A stretch of DNA of 64,000 nt from Mytilus californianus (taxonomy: Eukaryota), in the NCBI RefSeq assembly GCF_021869535.1, contig NW_026262581.1:54746001-54810000 (forward strand). The letters run 5' to 3'. Shown piece by piece: positions 1-12,872 of the stretch; the first letter of the stretch is position 1; the number at the start of each line of letters is the position of its first letter. The notes under the pieces were generated by a model, which worked only from the letters and a program-made list of their open reading frames with translations, was not told the origin of the DNA and ran no database searches. The translations under genes and the position numbers were made by a program.

Positions 1-584
1 GACTTAACGAAGGCGGATATCATTGATTACAGATGCAAAAGGGAATATCATCCCAATCGTCATTACAATCTATGATATCATAGCCTTCCTCAATCAACAG
101 TTGTCCATGTGCACCAAAAACAATTCAAGATGGTCTGTGCCTGTCAATTTTGTCTTCTGGTTATAACTTATTTGGTTTTAGTCAATTTTCTGTAGCTGAC
201 ATGCCCTTGTATATATCTGACATTAATGTAAACGAGGTTGCTAAGCATACTCCTACTCGTAATTCAAATGATCAGAAAACAGAAAGTTGGCGTTCAATAG
301 ATCCGATTAGGGTACGCAACTTACAACTACTAATGTTGCGCTGCTGACAAATATAAAGTCATTATTTTCATAAATGTGAAGGTAAAGAAGAAAACAGTGT
401 CCCATGATGACGTTTTTGGTAACAAAAAGTACCAGTCAAAATGTGTCTCGGTACCAGAACACTTATGTCAGTATTAGGTAAAAGTCAAAACTTTTTTTGT
501 TGAAAATTCAAAGGCTTCTGCTAGCGCGAAAATGATCTTGATATTCTGTTATCATAAAACACGGGATAAATACTGACTATGCCT

Positions 585-1065
585 AATCAATTAAGCAAAG
601 CCAACGACGAATATCTCTATATATTAGGCAAGACGTCCATGATGAGATTCAAAGAATGCTTGGAAATAGGATCATTCTTCCTTCTATTTTCCTTGGAGCT
701 CACCAATAGTTAAAGTTCGTAAACGAGACAATTCAATTCGGTTATGCATTGGTTTTCGCCGGGTAAATGATTCAACTCCTATTAAAGCCAGCTATTCATT
801 ACTGACAATTTATGATATTTGAGAAGCATTAAGGGGGATACTAGGTTTTTTAAGTGGGGATGGACCCTAATTATGCTTGTAAGACATCACTTGTCACGAG
901 TGGAGGTTTTTATGAATTCACTCGTATGCATTTTGGCTTTTGCAACGCTGGAGCAACGTTGCCATATTAATGTAATACGCACTTTCAGGATTGCAATGTA
1001 TATCTAGAAGACATTATTGTATTTTCTAGGTCTTTTGAAGCGCACATTACCAAACTTCAAACAAA
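585..1065 (+). pseudogene. pol: Decayed Ty3/Gypsy reverse transcriptase fragment
   Basis: Hand translation across frameshifts gives DEIQRML, PWSSPIVKVRKRDNSIRLCIGFRRVND, GGFYEFTRMHFGFCNAGAT and VYLEDIIVFSRSFEAHI (a YLDD-like motif). Confidence 0.75.
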
Positions 1066-2060
1066 TCAGAGGACTGTTTCTGGTTAGTAAAGATTGTATT
1101 GTTCAACCAAGTCGTAATTATGAGCGTAAAACTTGTTAAGTGTCGATTTCAGTCATTATTCTGTTGGAGCATTTTAGGTGTAAAAGAGACCAGTCCGTAA
1201 AATACGAACATAACGTATCAATTAAACTATGTAAACGTCAAACAATGAGGGAAAAGTGTATGTTATTGCTAATAAATGCTTAGATGACAGTTGGGAAGTT
1301 GATATCACGTTTGTTATAGATTGTAATCGTCTATCTGTGTAAATAACGAGGAAAAGATCAAGACATAAAGCAGACCTTCTAGTTTCGGAAGTATGCTTAA
1401 ACTAAATTTCACGGGGATATACAAGATGCGTACAAACACTGACATGTCATTTATTTAGTGACATGACATCATTGCACACATCTAAAGTGTTTTTTCCACC
1501 CTTGATAAGAGTCTGTAATTGTGCTCTAAATATTTCCGATTTATTTGCTGAACTAAAACGGTTATTTGACAAAACTATTGTAATATCTTCGTTATTGCAA
1601 AGGGAGTTTATTTGAAATAAGTTTAGCCTCAGCTTTCAATCTGCAATGTGAATCGGAATAACCCTAAGTGGTTTATTTCAGAAAGAATCTCAAATTGATG
1701 TCAAAGTTTTTCAATATCTTCAGTGCCACCATAATATTGTCTTATGATATCTTAAAAAAAGTACTCAGATTTACTTTGATGAAGATGTCTATCCTATTGT
1801 GGGTTAAATTGAAATCATTCATTAATTTGTGACTATGACTAGTAGATTGCTTATTAGGGTAAATTTGTTAATTTTGTCTTGTCATGTTTTCATCTACATG
1901 TATTTTGGTATTTCTTTTTAAACGTTTTCAGAGAACAAGAGTGTTATTTTTGTTACAAAGTGATTGAACACATTGGTTGAAAATTGATATTCAGCAAGTA
2001 AAATACACATGTATAATTCAGAATATACATGGTCCTGACAGTAGTTGAAATATTAATTAT

Positions 2061-2220
2061 AGAATAACTAATCGAAGAATTAAAATAGAGAAAAATATTC
2101 AACGAGTGACCGAACAACACATTAATTCACGAATGCGCTACGCGCATGAGTTAATTATCAGTGTTGTTCGGTCACGAGTTGAATATTTTTCGATATTTGA
2201 ATTCTTTGATTAGTTATTCT
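2061..2220. repeat. ~160-bp long hairpin (foldback) repeat, probably the core of a non-autonomous DNA element
   Basis: agaataactaatc pairs with gattagttattct (13 bp) and gtgaccgaacaacac pairs with gtgttgttcggtcac (15 bp). Apex is atgcgc-tac-gcgcat at ~2133-2147. Confidence 0.8.
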
Positions 2221-3263
2221 TTTTATTACATTGGCAAATGGCTTTTTTATGAAATTAAAGTAGCAAACGTAAGGAACTATATCTTTTTTCTACGCATTCA
2301 CAATTTGTTTTGATCCGACGTTATCGACGTCTTGACAACGCCGATTGTTGTAGACGTCAGAGGAGTGAAATAACCACGTTTATTTCACATGTGAAATTAT
2401 CGGTTTTTATTTCACTGGGAAATCAATGTAATTCATTGCAACCAATGTAATAAATATGGTTATAAAGATTTTTCTTTTTTTAATTGGTGGTATGACACTT
2501 TGATTGTTGATTTCGTATTAAAGCATGCAGCGAAAGAAAGACAACTGTAATGCACAAAAATAATAGACAATTTCTATTGAAGTAGATGAAGTCAGTATTT
2601 ATATATCGTCGTCTTTCAAGGGTATATAATTGAAATATCATGGTTTATAGAATATATTGTCTTTCTATAGAATATCTTATAATTAATATTCAATTACACG
2701 ATACTTTCAAAGGATATGGTTTAATGACGCCTCTGGAATTAAATTTTTTTTTTTATAAATTAATAATAGTTGTTTGTGTTTCAATATCAGTGTTGTATGA
2801 AAACTATTCTTTCCTATCAGATAAAATTGAAAATTTCAAAAGATAGAGAAAAGCACCATTTCTGGTGTTTTAATGAGGCCGTAGAATTCATTTTAAAGAC
2901 CAAGTGTGGACCAATTGGCATGGTTTATTTTTCTTTCCTGTGTAAACATAAAACCACCACCTCTTAGCCTTATTTACCGAAAGGTCAACAACACATGTAT
3001 TTAAATGGTATCAATCTGTTGTGAAAGTACATATTAAGCTCAGAATAGTAAGCAACGTAACGTTATATATCTTCCCGTACTTTCACTTTCCCATTGTCGA
3101 CGTCAACTTCCGCACAAGTTTTGTTTACTTTAAATCTACACGTTGACGCTGTGTTTCGAAATAGGAATCATTCACGACTTTTCACGGCGCTGCGGTTCCA
3201 TAAGTGGTTACTTGAACGCTTCAATCACGTAAAACGCTTGCATCTGTATTTACAACGTAAACA

Positions 3264-3355
3264 ATGGCATCCGATGATTACAATACCTGGTCTGTTCCAG
3301 AACTAACGTTACGTGGAGCTGTCACAAGAGACAGACATATAGATCTTATAGAAAG
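3264..3355 (+). pseudogene. Isolated first exon encoding a degenerate SAP-domain-like peptide
   Basis: ATG at 3264 reads MASDDYNTWSVPELTLRGAVTRDRHIDLIE(R), followed by donor AG|GTAAAC at 3356. It resembles the SAP pattern (W.V.EL...L..RG......DLIERL) with a short deletion. The upstream sequence is CpG-rich. Confidence 0.5.
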
Positions 3356-5254
3356 GTAAACGATGTATTTAAAAAATATTGAGATTTCTTCTATTATACA
3401 AGCGGAAACGCCGCTACAGTACATTGCCAAAAAGCTTTCGTCACCAACAAGGCAACATTTTTGGGCTATATTTTTCATATAAAAAGACGTTTGTTGGAGG
3501 CATTTATGGTTGTATTTTTACAAATAATGTGTTGAAAAACGCTGAATTGTATATAAAGAGTATTTGTTTGTTTTGTCATAGCTCTGTCATCTGTCAATAC
3601 ATGTCTGTTGTTTTTATTTTCTCCTGATGTGAACACATATACTATTTTTTACAATTTAATTTGGTTGAAATATAAATATATAGCAAGATTGTTCATAATA
3701 GACAATAATATTTATGTTTATCTCAGAAGAAAATGAAAATAAACAAATAATTATTCTGCTGTTGGTACCAAGTTGCATAAAATCAAATCAGAAATGTCCC
3801 CTAAATAATCTTTTGAAATGCAATTTTATATGAAATATTTAGTGTGAAATACCAAGTGACAAATACATGTACCCCAAGTTAGAAAAAAGCAAAATAAAAA
3901 CCCCACTGAACATATAAATAGTCATGAATATATAATTAAACTTTCTAGGATACATTTAAATGATTTTGTATAATAATAATTAAAAATAGGGGTTCTATAC
4001 AGATATTATCTGTTGGCCATGAAATGTGATACAGACCATGCAGACTGGGCAAGGGAAAATTAAATTTAACTTGTTATATATACTGGGACTATTATACTTA
4101 TAGTCTATTAGTCCCAGTTATATATAAACAATTAATTACTTTTGAAAATGGGACAATTACACAAGGAAAGTATTAAATCCTCCCAATACCACTTTTAAAC
4201 AAGACATGATTTTACATTTTTAAGCTTTAAATCTTTTAATATGTCTCAGCTTCATCAACTTAAAAAAAAAAAGACACTGTAAAAAAAATATAAAGGCCCT
4301 TCTCTGCAAACTTTTTATATATAACATGATGGGGCCATTTTTGGAAATTTTAAAAGATATGTACATCTATAATGAAGTTTTATTTGCAATTCAAGTTCAA
4401 ACAAGGAATTATTTAAATATGGAATAATTTCAAATTCTGCAAAATTGATTAGAACATAATTATGAAAACTGACCCAACTAAATATTTTTTAAACTTAGAA
4501 ATGTGGTCCCTATACATGTAGTTCTACGTCCTTTTTGAATCCTATCTGTTCTTGGCAGATAATCTTATAAGATTCTAAATAGTTTTCTAAACTACATGTA
4601 TTATACTCTAGAAAAAAATGTTCCTAAACTAGTAAAAAGGGTTATACCTCTGTTGTTTGAAGGGCTGTTAAAACATCTTCCTTTGAATATGGGTTAAATA
4701 AATTTTCTCTCCAATAAGAACGTCTTGCTAGAGAGAAAAATTTATTAATTTTTAAGAAAAAAGTAGTGTTTTATAATTTTATATACATATCATGCCCAAC
4801 ATTCAGCATACAAGAATTTTTCAAAATTTCATTAGTTATACCATTAAATCTACATGATATTTTGTTTTTCAAATATTTCATGGCAAGCAGAATTTAATCT
4901 ATGTAATAGTACTTTAAAAAATCTTTACCTACATGTTTTAAAAAAATTCAAACCATTCCTTAGCTTGTTTAATTAAACTTTGGCTTGAACATGCATTAAA
5001 TATTTGTCACTGGACATTACGATTCCAACAATCAATCAATATATTTGAACTTGAATCATTGATTTCTTTCCTTTTTGTCTTGCCTTGACAGAGTCCAAAA
5101 GCAAGACATAGCATATATTAGGTATGCTGTTTTCAGCGTCATCAACAATGTATTAGTTAGTAAAGTAATATAAAATAGTGAAATATTGCAGACATTTTCT
5201 ACTGGTAGATATTTGTAACCATGAAAGACAATATATTCATTATACAGTTTTCAT

Positions 5255-5358
5255 GATTAATCGCACAGGCACTTGTCTCAAAAAAAAATTTCCTATATAC
5301 CTTAATATAACACGTGTTATAGGAAATTTTTTTCTGAGACAAATGCCTGTGATTAATC
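5255..5358. repeat. Hairpin repeat with ~43-bp arms
   Basis: gattaatcgcacaggcacttgtctcaaaaaaaaaatttcctata is nearly the reverse complement of tataggaaatttttttctgagacaaatgcctgtgattaatc. Confidence 0.8.
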
Positions 5359-6385
5359 GCTAGCCCTTCAAGGCCTGGCCAGATATATTTTTTGTAAGTA
5401 TAGATAATTGTTAATGTTTCAAACTAATTTAGTAGTTATAGTTGGTTAATTTCTGATATATATACATATATATTTGTTTTTTTATTGTCTTATTTTATAA
5501 TTTAAAATCAAGCCATTAGTTTTCTTGTTTGAATTTTCTTTCATTTTTGAATGTTGTGACCATTGTAGCTGATTAGTACTATGTGATTTTTTCTTGACTG
5601 TATTTTATTTAATATTTTGACTTTTTTTTTATCTTTTGTAGAATCAATTAGAAGAGCCAAAATTTATAAGCTTAGATTCAAAACATTCTGGAGGAGCAGA
5701 TTGTGTGAAGGTATTTATCCTTTTATAGCCTCAATCTATATCACAAAAATGTATTTGTGTGAAAATATACAATTACCATTAAGAGAGTTGATTTTTTGTA
5801 AGACCAAGTAAAGGTTACAGGTCCTAATCTCAGTTGGGAAAATGGTACTGTACAGTTTTATTTTAGTACTGGTGAACTCTACCGTTACAGACTCGTATGA
5901 TAATAATACACCTGAAACTCCACAGATGTACGTGTATATCTTCCGAATCCAGCCACACTGATTAGATGTTGCTTTTCAATATAAATTTTTATGAAACCAG
6001 ACTGGATTAAAATAAAATTTTCTTGTGTAATTTGATGAAATTTAAATTATCTCCACTAGTTTACTCACTATACAACAGGACTAATCTGTTAACATTTTCT
6101 TTACAGAATCCAGCAGAAGTCAAGAGAAATAAAAAAAAAAGGAACAAAAGAAAAATTAAAAAAGAACAGTGAAATGACAAAATTAAATAAACATTTTGCA
6201 TTTCTTATTGTTGTTATCTTGTGTATTGTTGACCAAGACAGCTAAGAAAACCATCGAAAAGCTGTTCAGACAGAAAATGACAGTTGCTACACAATATCAA
6301 ACAAAAGATAAAAAAACACTTCTAAGAAAAAATTTGTTCAATGCTGGACCAAATGAAATGCATGAGGATATTTATAATCTGAAAT

Positions 6386-7355
6386 AAAATGCTTTGCTGA
6401 GCGCAGCCTGATACGACAGCAGAGGTCGAACCCTATACAGTTGGGTCAAATTTGGACACAATATTCAAGCTTGATATTGTCTGAATTTGGATTGTAATCA
6501 AATTTTTGACATAATATAGGTTTCTGACACAAAATAAATGTGGTCAAAGATCTTATAAGTCTATTGCGTAATACTGTGCAATTGAAGATTTCTTCTTGAA
6601 ACTTTTCAAAAATTCGAAATTTTAAAAATTTTGAAAAAAAAAATATGAATCCCTTAAAAAAAAATTGTGAAAAAATTCCCCCCCCCCAACTTTTTGACCC
6701 CCCCCCCCCCCCCATTGGAGCAATAACCCCAAAACTCAATCCCAGCCTTTCCTTTGTAGTATGGAACCTTGTAGTACAATTTCAGAAAGATCCATACACT
6801 TACACAAAAGTTATTGTCTGGAAACTAGAAAAATGCTTGTTTTTGGCCCCTAATTCCTACATGTTTGGGGCTATTAACCCAAACCTCAATCCCAGCCTTA
6901 CCTTTGTTATATGGAACCTAGTGGTACAATGTCAGAGAGATCCATACTTACACACAAGTTATTGTCTGGAAACTAGAAAATGCTTGTTTTTGGCCCTTAA
7001 TTCCAAAACTGTTGGCCCTATAACCCCTAAAATGAATCCCAACCTTCTACTTGTGGTATTAAACATTGTGGTACAATTTTAGTGCAGTCGATATACTTAT
7101 ACACAAGTTATTATTCTGAAACTAAAAAAATGCTTGTTTTGGGCCCCTTTTTGGGCCCCAATTTCCTAAACGGTTGGGACCATCATCCCCAAAATCAATC
7201 CCAACCTTCCTTTTGTGGTATTAAACCTTCTTAAAAAATTTTATAAAGATCCATTCACTTAAACTAAAGTTATTGTCCGGAAACCAATGTTTTCGGACGA
7301 CGACGACATCATACCATTATACGATCCCAAAAATTTTTTTGCGCTCGTATAAAAA
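6386..7355 (+). mobile_element. Helentron/DINE-1-like non-autonomous element (HINE) with a ~150-bp tandem array
   Basis: The 5' part is homologous to 12873-13060. About 4 units of ~150 bp start near 6727, 6878, 7024 and 7187. The 3' end has (gac)n followed by the stem-loop tatacgatccc...gcgctcgtata and an A-run. Confidence 0.65.
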
Positions 7356-7829
7356 TTAATACCTCTTTGTAAGTGAAACAAATTATGCGGTATGGGCTTT
7401 GCTCATTGTTGAAGGCTGTACGGTGACCTATAGTTGTAATTATTTCTGTGTCATTTGGTCTCTTGATGAGAGTTGTCTCATTGGCAATCATACCACATCT
7501 TCTTTTTATATGTGTTCAGTGCAAAATACCAAAAAATGGACTATTCAATAAAATTGATATCTAAGACAGGAAATATTGGGGTTTGTCAATGAGACATTAA
7601 CCCGACAAAAATAGACAAAATATATATAGATTTAGCCGGCATCAACAGCATGCAGACAAATGTAAAAGGAGATGTGGGGTAAAGATCAGTATGACGGCAG
7701 TTTTTTTCTCAAATGTGGATCCAGGATTTTGAATCTAGATAAAGTGACCCCCCCCCCCCCCACCCCACCACTCCACTCTGAAGTAACTGTATTAAAACAA
7801 AGTCAATGTAGGACTTTCTTTGAGATATT

Positions 7830-8152
7830 ATTGTGTCTGGGAGACACAATTGATGCCCCTATAGATGCAAAGTGTTATTTTAAAATAACTATAACATTTA
7901 ACCGCTTATACCCCAAAAATGACAAAGTTCAACTATCTCCCAAAAGGGCAAACATCAATAAAAATGAAAACCATAACCACATGCACATCTTCAATATATG
8001 TACAAACAGACAGCAAAGTGAACACTTCCTAGGATTCTAACTGTAGGAGGAGTTGTGCTGAATAATTATATACCCATAATGGGACGAACGGACAGAAGGA
8101 CAGACAGGGGTAAAATAATATGCCCCCAACTTTCAGTTGCGGGGGCATTAAA
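7830..8152 (+). mobile_element. HINE-like element (different family)
   Basis: Subterminal gatgcccc near 7852, a ggac/agac microsatellite near 8085-8108, and the terminal hairpin atgcccccaac-tttca-gttgcgggggcat. Confidence 0.55.
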
Positions 8153-9939
8153 AGGGGTCATCAGGCCCCAAACTAGACAAAGTTTTGAGAGTAATAAAAA
8201 AATCTGGATTTACCATAAATGTAGCTCCATAAGGGCCATAAAGGGGGGACCCAGGCACCCCACTCCTAAATCTGTCTCTGATATTAAACATTGTTTATAT
8301 GTTTCTGAATATTTTATAAAAAGACTTGAAAGATTATGTTAGAAAACATTTTTATAATGATATTTCGAATAACATTTAAATGTTTTTTTAATGATTTTTT
8401 GAGAATATGAAGATTATTAAAACATTTTGTTGAAAAATATTTTTTGAACTCTTTCAAAACATTTTATCCTGCAGAAATGAATTTTTATATGTTTTAAAAA
8501 TGTTTCAGGGATATTTGATTAACAAGCACATTCAAATCATTTATAAGACATTTTACAAACATTGTCGTCAAAATTCAGTAACATTTTAATGATGTTTTAA
8601 AAGTATCATGAAAATGTTTTGAAAATATTTTTAACGCCATACATTTGTGCATGATTTTGATATTTTTCTACAATATTTTTTCAACATTTTTCTATTTTTT
8701 TTGGTGCTAACTGGGAAAGCAGTGGTGAAACAGCACCACATTAGAACAAATAATAAAATCAATTGCATGTAAATCCATTTCATCTTTTATGCATAATTTA
8801 TTTACAATGTATTTTTATGAAATTAGAAAGAACACAGCAAACACAGATAATTCTGGAACCAAGTTGAATTAGAAGTTTCCACGTGGAATTACATGTTTCA
8901 GATTGTTTATTCCCCTGCCACAGCAGAGGAGAGGCATTAAGTTTTACCCTTGTGTAACTTTTAGACAATACAAGGACTCTTTTAATGTGAATTCGGTTGG
9001 ACAACACTTTTCTATCACAAACTACTTTCTTCTGATCTAGTTGGAATTTCCCTTTCAGAAAAGTTTGTGTGTTAATATAAGGAACTGTCTTGACTAGTAA
9101 ATAAATCCTGTTCCATAATTCCACTATTTGCCATTTGTTGTCACCTTTGTCAAATTTTTTTTTACATCTGGTTCTGACAGAAGTATTGATCCTCGCACTT
9201 GCAGCCACTTGGATTTTAACCATGAATTCATTTCAAACATAAAGATGTATCCCATTCATCACTTCATGGTTGGGTAAAAAGTCTGTTATCCATGATGGCT
9301 TCTGAAATATTAAAACAGGAAAACACAAAGCATCATGTTATTTAATAAACTGCAGGTTCAGAAATTTTTCTTATCATTCATAAAGGACAAGCGTTTAATG
9401 CAGGGATGTGTGTGATGTTTTTTTCTAAAAAAAAATACTCTTGATTTCCAACTTTGAAGAATTAAAAAAAAAATGTTCTGACAGCTTTTGCCATAAGTTT
9501 AATGTAAAGTCCTTAGAAAATTCAGACTTTATTGCGACAAACAAATAGAAAAATTATGCTCATATGTACCATGGTTTTTTTTTAGAATGCAATATAGGGA
9601 TTGTCATATTTCCCAATACATGTAGTTCTCTTCCTTTCATGCATTGTTTTGTCAGGGAAATATATTTCACTTGCTATAATTAAGTGCACAACATAATTAT
9701 TATTTCTTATTTACAATGCAAACAAACGTAAAAGGGTGAAAAAATGTGAAGACTAGGAAAAAACTTACAAAGTGTGAGGGTATATTTGAAGAATAAAATA
9801 CATCCCTGTGTCATCCCCCTATTTTAATAAATAATAACCTGTCAAATTATTGGGCTGTTTAATCGAGAAAAAATAAAACAAAGAGGTTAAATACTGTACT
9901 AAATATAAGAAAAATATAAATACATAATAACCTAATCCT

Positions 9940-10145
9940 GTTGTTATATAATCTCCTGGCATGACATGGTTATCAGCTGGTTATGGCAAACTTGGTCGAA
10001 TATTTTCCGCCGGGTTTCCCTAGATATTTTTGAATGGTGGATCAACTCTCTTGATGCCTTTTCTCCATTTTAAAAGAATTTCATGGTCTTTTGGGAATCT
10101 GTGGTCCCCCTTCAGAATAATTGCAGCCGGGGATACAACAATTTT
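9940..10145 (-). pseudogene. Frameshifted THAP zinc-finger exon (transposase-type N-terminus)
   Basis: Minus-strand translation gives QNCCIPGCNYSEGG / HRFPKDHEILLKWRKGIKRVDPPFKNI / KPG / DQVCHN. This matches the THAP C2CH signature (CxxxxC, HxFP, W, P, VCxxH). Confidence 0.7.
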
Positions 10146-10886
10146 GGAGCTTAGTTTGGTGAAATTAGCGAGTGTCGATTGTGGTTACTAATGTAAACAT
10201 GTGCAACGTAATGCGATTCAAGCGTCAAATTGATTAAAACGTTTCCGACAACCGCTTATGGAACACCAGCGACGTCTACAGGAAGAAATATTACGAATGA
10301 TCCCTATTGGAAAAAAACTTAAAAGAAGCTTATTGGAAATTGAAAGTAAACTTAAAATTTCTTTAAAAAAAAACCTTCATCACACTTTTACAAAAATAAG
10401 GAAATTAAGTATGATTGCCAATGAGACAACTTTCCACCAAAGTTGCATGTTACTTCCCGAATTAAGTACTTTAATTCGTATCGTACTATTTATATAATGA
10501 AGATTCCCAATTTCAATTTTAGCGTGATCGGCAAATTTGAGTAACGTGCCATTGTACATTTATTCTGATCGTACGAGTATACATATGTAAATAAGTTATT
10601 GTGTATTTATTTGTGTTATAATTTAAAGATATGTATTTTTAACATGTTGTTTATTATACAAGTATACGATTGCGTTCCAGTAAACGAAAGTGAGACAAAA
10701 TAGACACTCTTTGTTGTGAAAACCCATGCAAAGCCGTTCGGACCCATTGTGATTTATTGAGAATTTGTTCACAACAATTGGTGATAGCGTTGGCATGTTG
10801 TGTAACTTTTCAAAGTAGTTTTCAGCTTTTGGGTTTGCTATCATCGCTCACAAAGTTCTTGGAACGTTCAAACATCTTTAACCCTC

Positions 10887-10950
10887 TTACTGCGGGAAGG
10901 ACATTAATGTGTCCTCCCCTGGCTTACTGCGGGAAGGACATATATGTCCT
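10887..10950. repeat. piggyBac left subterminal direct repeats containing palindromes
   Basis: ttactgcgggaaggacat occurs twice (from 10887 and 10924). aggacatatatgtcct (10935-10950) is a perfect 16-bp palindrome, and aggacattaatgtgtcct (10898-10915) is an imperfect copy. Confidence 0.8.
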
Positions 10951-11084
10951 TTGTGTATGCAAATACGGCTGTTTTTCATAGCATGTGCTAAACTATACCC
11001 CTCCCTCCTTTATTGCATAGATTATAAATATTAGAATTATTAGAATATTTGTTTTTTTTTTATTCTTCTTTTTCTTAAAACGTC

Positions 11085-11122
11085 ATGATTACGTCATAAC
11101 TTATATGACGTCATAAGACGTC
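11085..11122. promoter_or_regulatory. Cluster of CRE-like (TGACGTCA) motifs upstream of the transposase ATG
   Basis: Perfect palindrome tatgacgtcata at 11104-11115, flanked by ttacgtca and agacgtcg, ~50-80 bp upstream of ATG 11164. Function is inferred only. Confidence 0.35.
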
Positions 11123-11163
11123 GCAATCGAGTTGACGGTAAAATAGAGCTAAAAAATTTAGCA

Positions 11164-11786
11164 ATGAGCGATTTTGAATCCGAAATGTCCGAAATTGATA
11201 CAGATACAGATTCAGATTTAGAGAATGAAACGTTGAATCCTGGTCCATGGTTTCCAGTATTAAACACTGAAGAGTTTTATATGCCAGAAATGCAGGAATT
11301 TCGTGGAAATCGTTTTGGACCAGTAGACATTCGGCCGGATGATAAACCACATGAAATATTCCTATCCATGTTGACGGACCTAGAAAATGTAGAGAACAAT
11401 GTGGTGGGCGTTCTTGTAAAAGAAACAAACAGATACGCTGAACATCGGATATCAATGGGAAATCTGAAACCACGATCAAGGCTTCATATGTGGCGTCCAG
11501 TCTGTAATGAAGAAATGAAAGCTTTCCTCGGACTCTTGTTGCTAATGGAAATAATTCAGAAGCCAACATTAGCTTCGTATTGGGAAACTCAGGACAAGTT
11601 GTGGTTGAGAAGAACTCCTTCCTTCCGTTCTGTGATGGCAAGGGACAGATTTTTAGCCATTCTGTCTAATCTACACGCAAATAATAACCAGACAGCACTG
11701 CCAAGGGATCATCCACAATATGACCCAATGTACAAAGTTAGACCAGTTATTGATGTATGCAACACAGCATTTAGGAAGAATTACAG
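11164..11786 (+). CDS. piggyBac transposase exon 1
   Basis: Acidic N-terminus, then LVKETNRYA, EEMKAFLGLLLLM, YW, MARDRFLAILSNLH and KVRPVID. Ends at phase-2 donor AG|GTACAG. Confidence 0.88.
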
Positions 11787-12150
11787 GTACAGCATTAATG
11801 TTTCTTTAATATGATCTAATTTACATCCGATGAAAAAGTACGTTTATAAATTTCCAGTGGCAAATATTACATACACACCCGGACAAAAGTCGATTGCAAA
11901 AGATTAACATAAATAGTTACTTTTCGCATCGCTTTTTCACGCACGTGCAATATATCTATCTATTTTTGTCAAATACGCGTGTAAATCATGTATATTTTAA
12001 AAAATACCATCCTCTTTTCTTTGCTGTTTTTTAAAGTTTATAATTAATTAGACCACGACATGTAACTTTATTGAACTATGTAATTCAAAATACTAAAAAA
12101 AGTCGATTGAAAAATATAGTGATTTTTATTAGAAATATTTTCTCCGTCAG

Positions 12151-12636
12151 GTTAGGAAGAGATATTTGTGTAGATGAACGAATAGTAGGATTTAAAGGTA
12201 GACATAATATCGTCCAATACATTTCAAAGAAAAAATCTCATCAGTGGGGAGCCAAGGTATGGGTTCTTAGTGAATCTGATACAGGATATACTGAGCACGT
12301 ACAGTTATACTATGGAAGACGTAACCGTCAGCAGCCATATCCTCATGGAGTTGGCTATTCAGTTGTAACAGAGTTAATAGAGCCTCACTATAATAAATTT
12401 CATCATGTAACAACAGACAGTCTCTTTACCAGTCCAAAACTCACTCACGACTTACTTGGTAATGGCACTTACTCGACCGGAACAGTCATAGCAGGCAGAA
12501 AGGGAATGCCATTGAGTTTCAAAACCTTAAAAACCCCTGAAGGAACGGTCAATGCTAAGAAGCAGGGAAATGTACTGGCAATTCATTGGTCTGATCGTCG
12601 ACAGGTGCGATTTCTTACATCGTCTGATCATTGCAG
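12151..12636 (+). CDS. piggyBac transposase exon 2 (first two catalytic Asp)
   Basis: Acceptor ttttctccgtcag|G in matching phase. Reads LGRDICVDERIVGFKGR...QYISKK...WGAKVW and VTTDSLFTS. Donor CAG|GTTTGT. Confidence 0.9.
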
Positions 12637-12872
12637 GTTTGTTATGTTCATTTAAGCTATGTTTAGATAGGCTGCCTAAGAACCTTTGAATTCATAATTG
12701 AAGTTTTAATAACTTTGTAATTTGATGTATAGAGTGTTCAGAAAATACCAATGGTAATAGTAATAAGAATAATATTAATGATAAAAGTAATAGTAATAAA
12801 AGAAATAGTAAACAACAACAACAACAACAATAACAATAATGATAATTGATGATGATAGTTATAAATTAAAAT

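Noticed and set aside
6645-7082. 145-aa ORF, and similar ORFs at 13177-13482 and 14202-14540
   Set aside because: Periodic translations of tandem arrays inside HINE elements.
8798-9223. 141-aa minus-strand ORF as a gene or as THAP exon 2
   Set aside because: No recognisable domain, and I could not link it in phase to the THAP exon.
11111-11641. 176-aa minus-strand ORF
   Set aside because: Antisense shadow of piggyBac exon 1 with no recognisable motif.
11787-12150. Track ORF extensions 11787-11814 and 12071-12150 as coding sequence
   Set aside because: They lie within intron 1. Splicing at 11786/12151 gives the expected NYR-LGRDICVDE junction.
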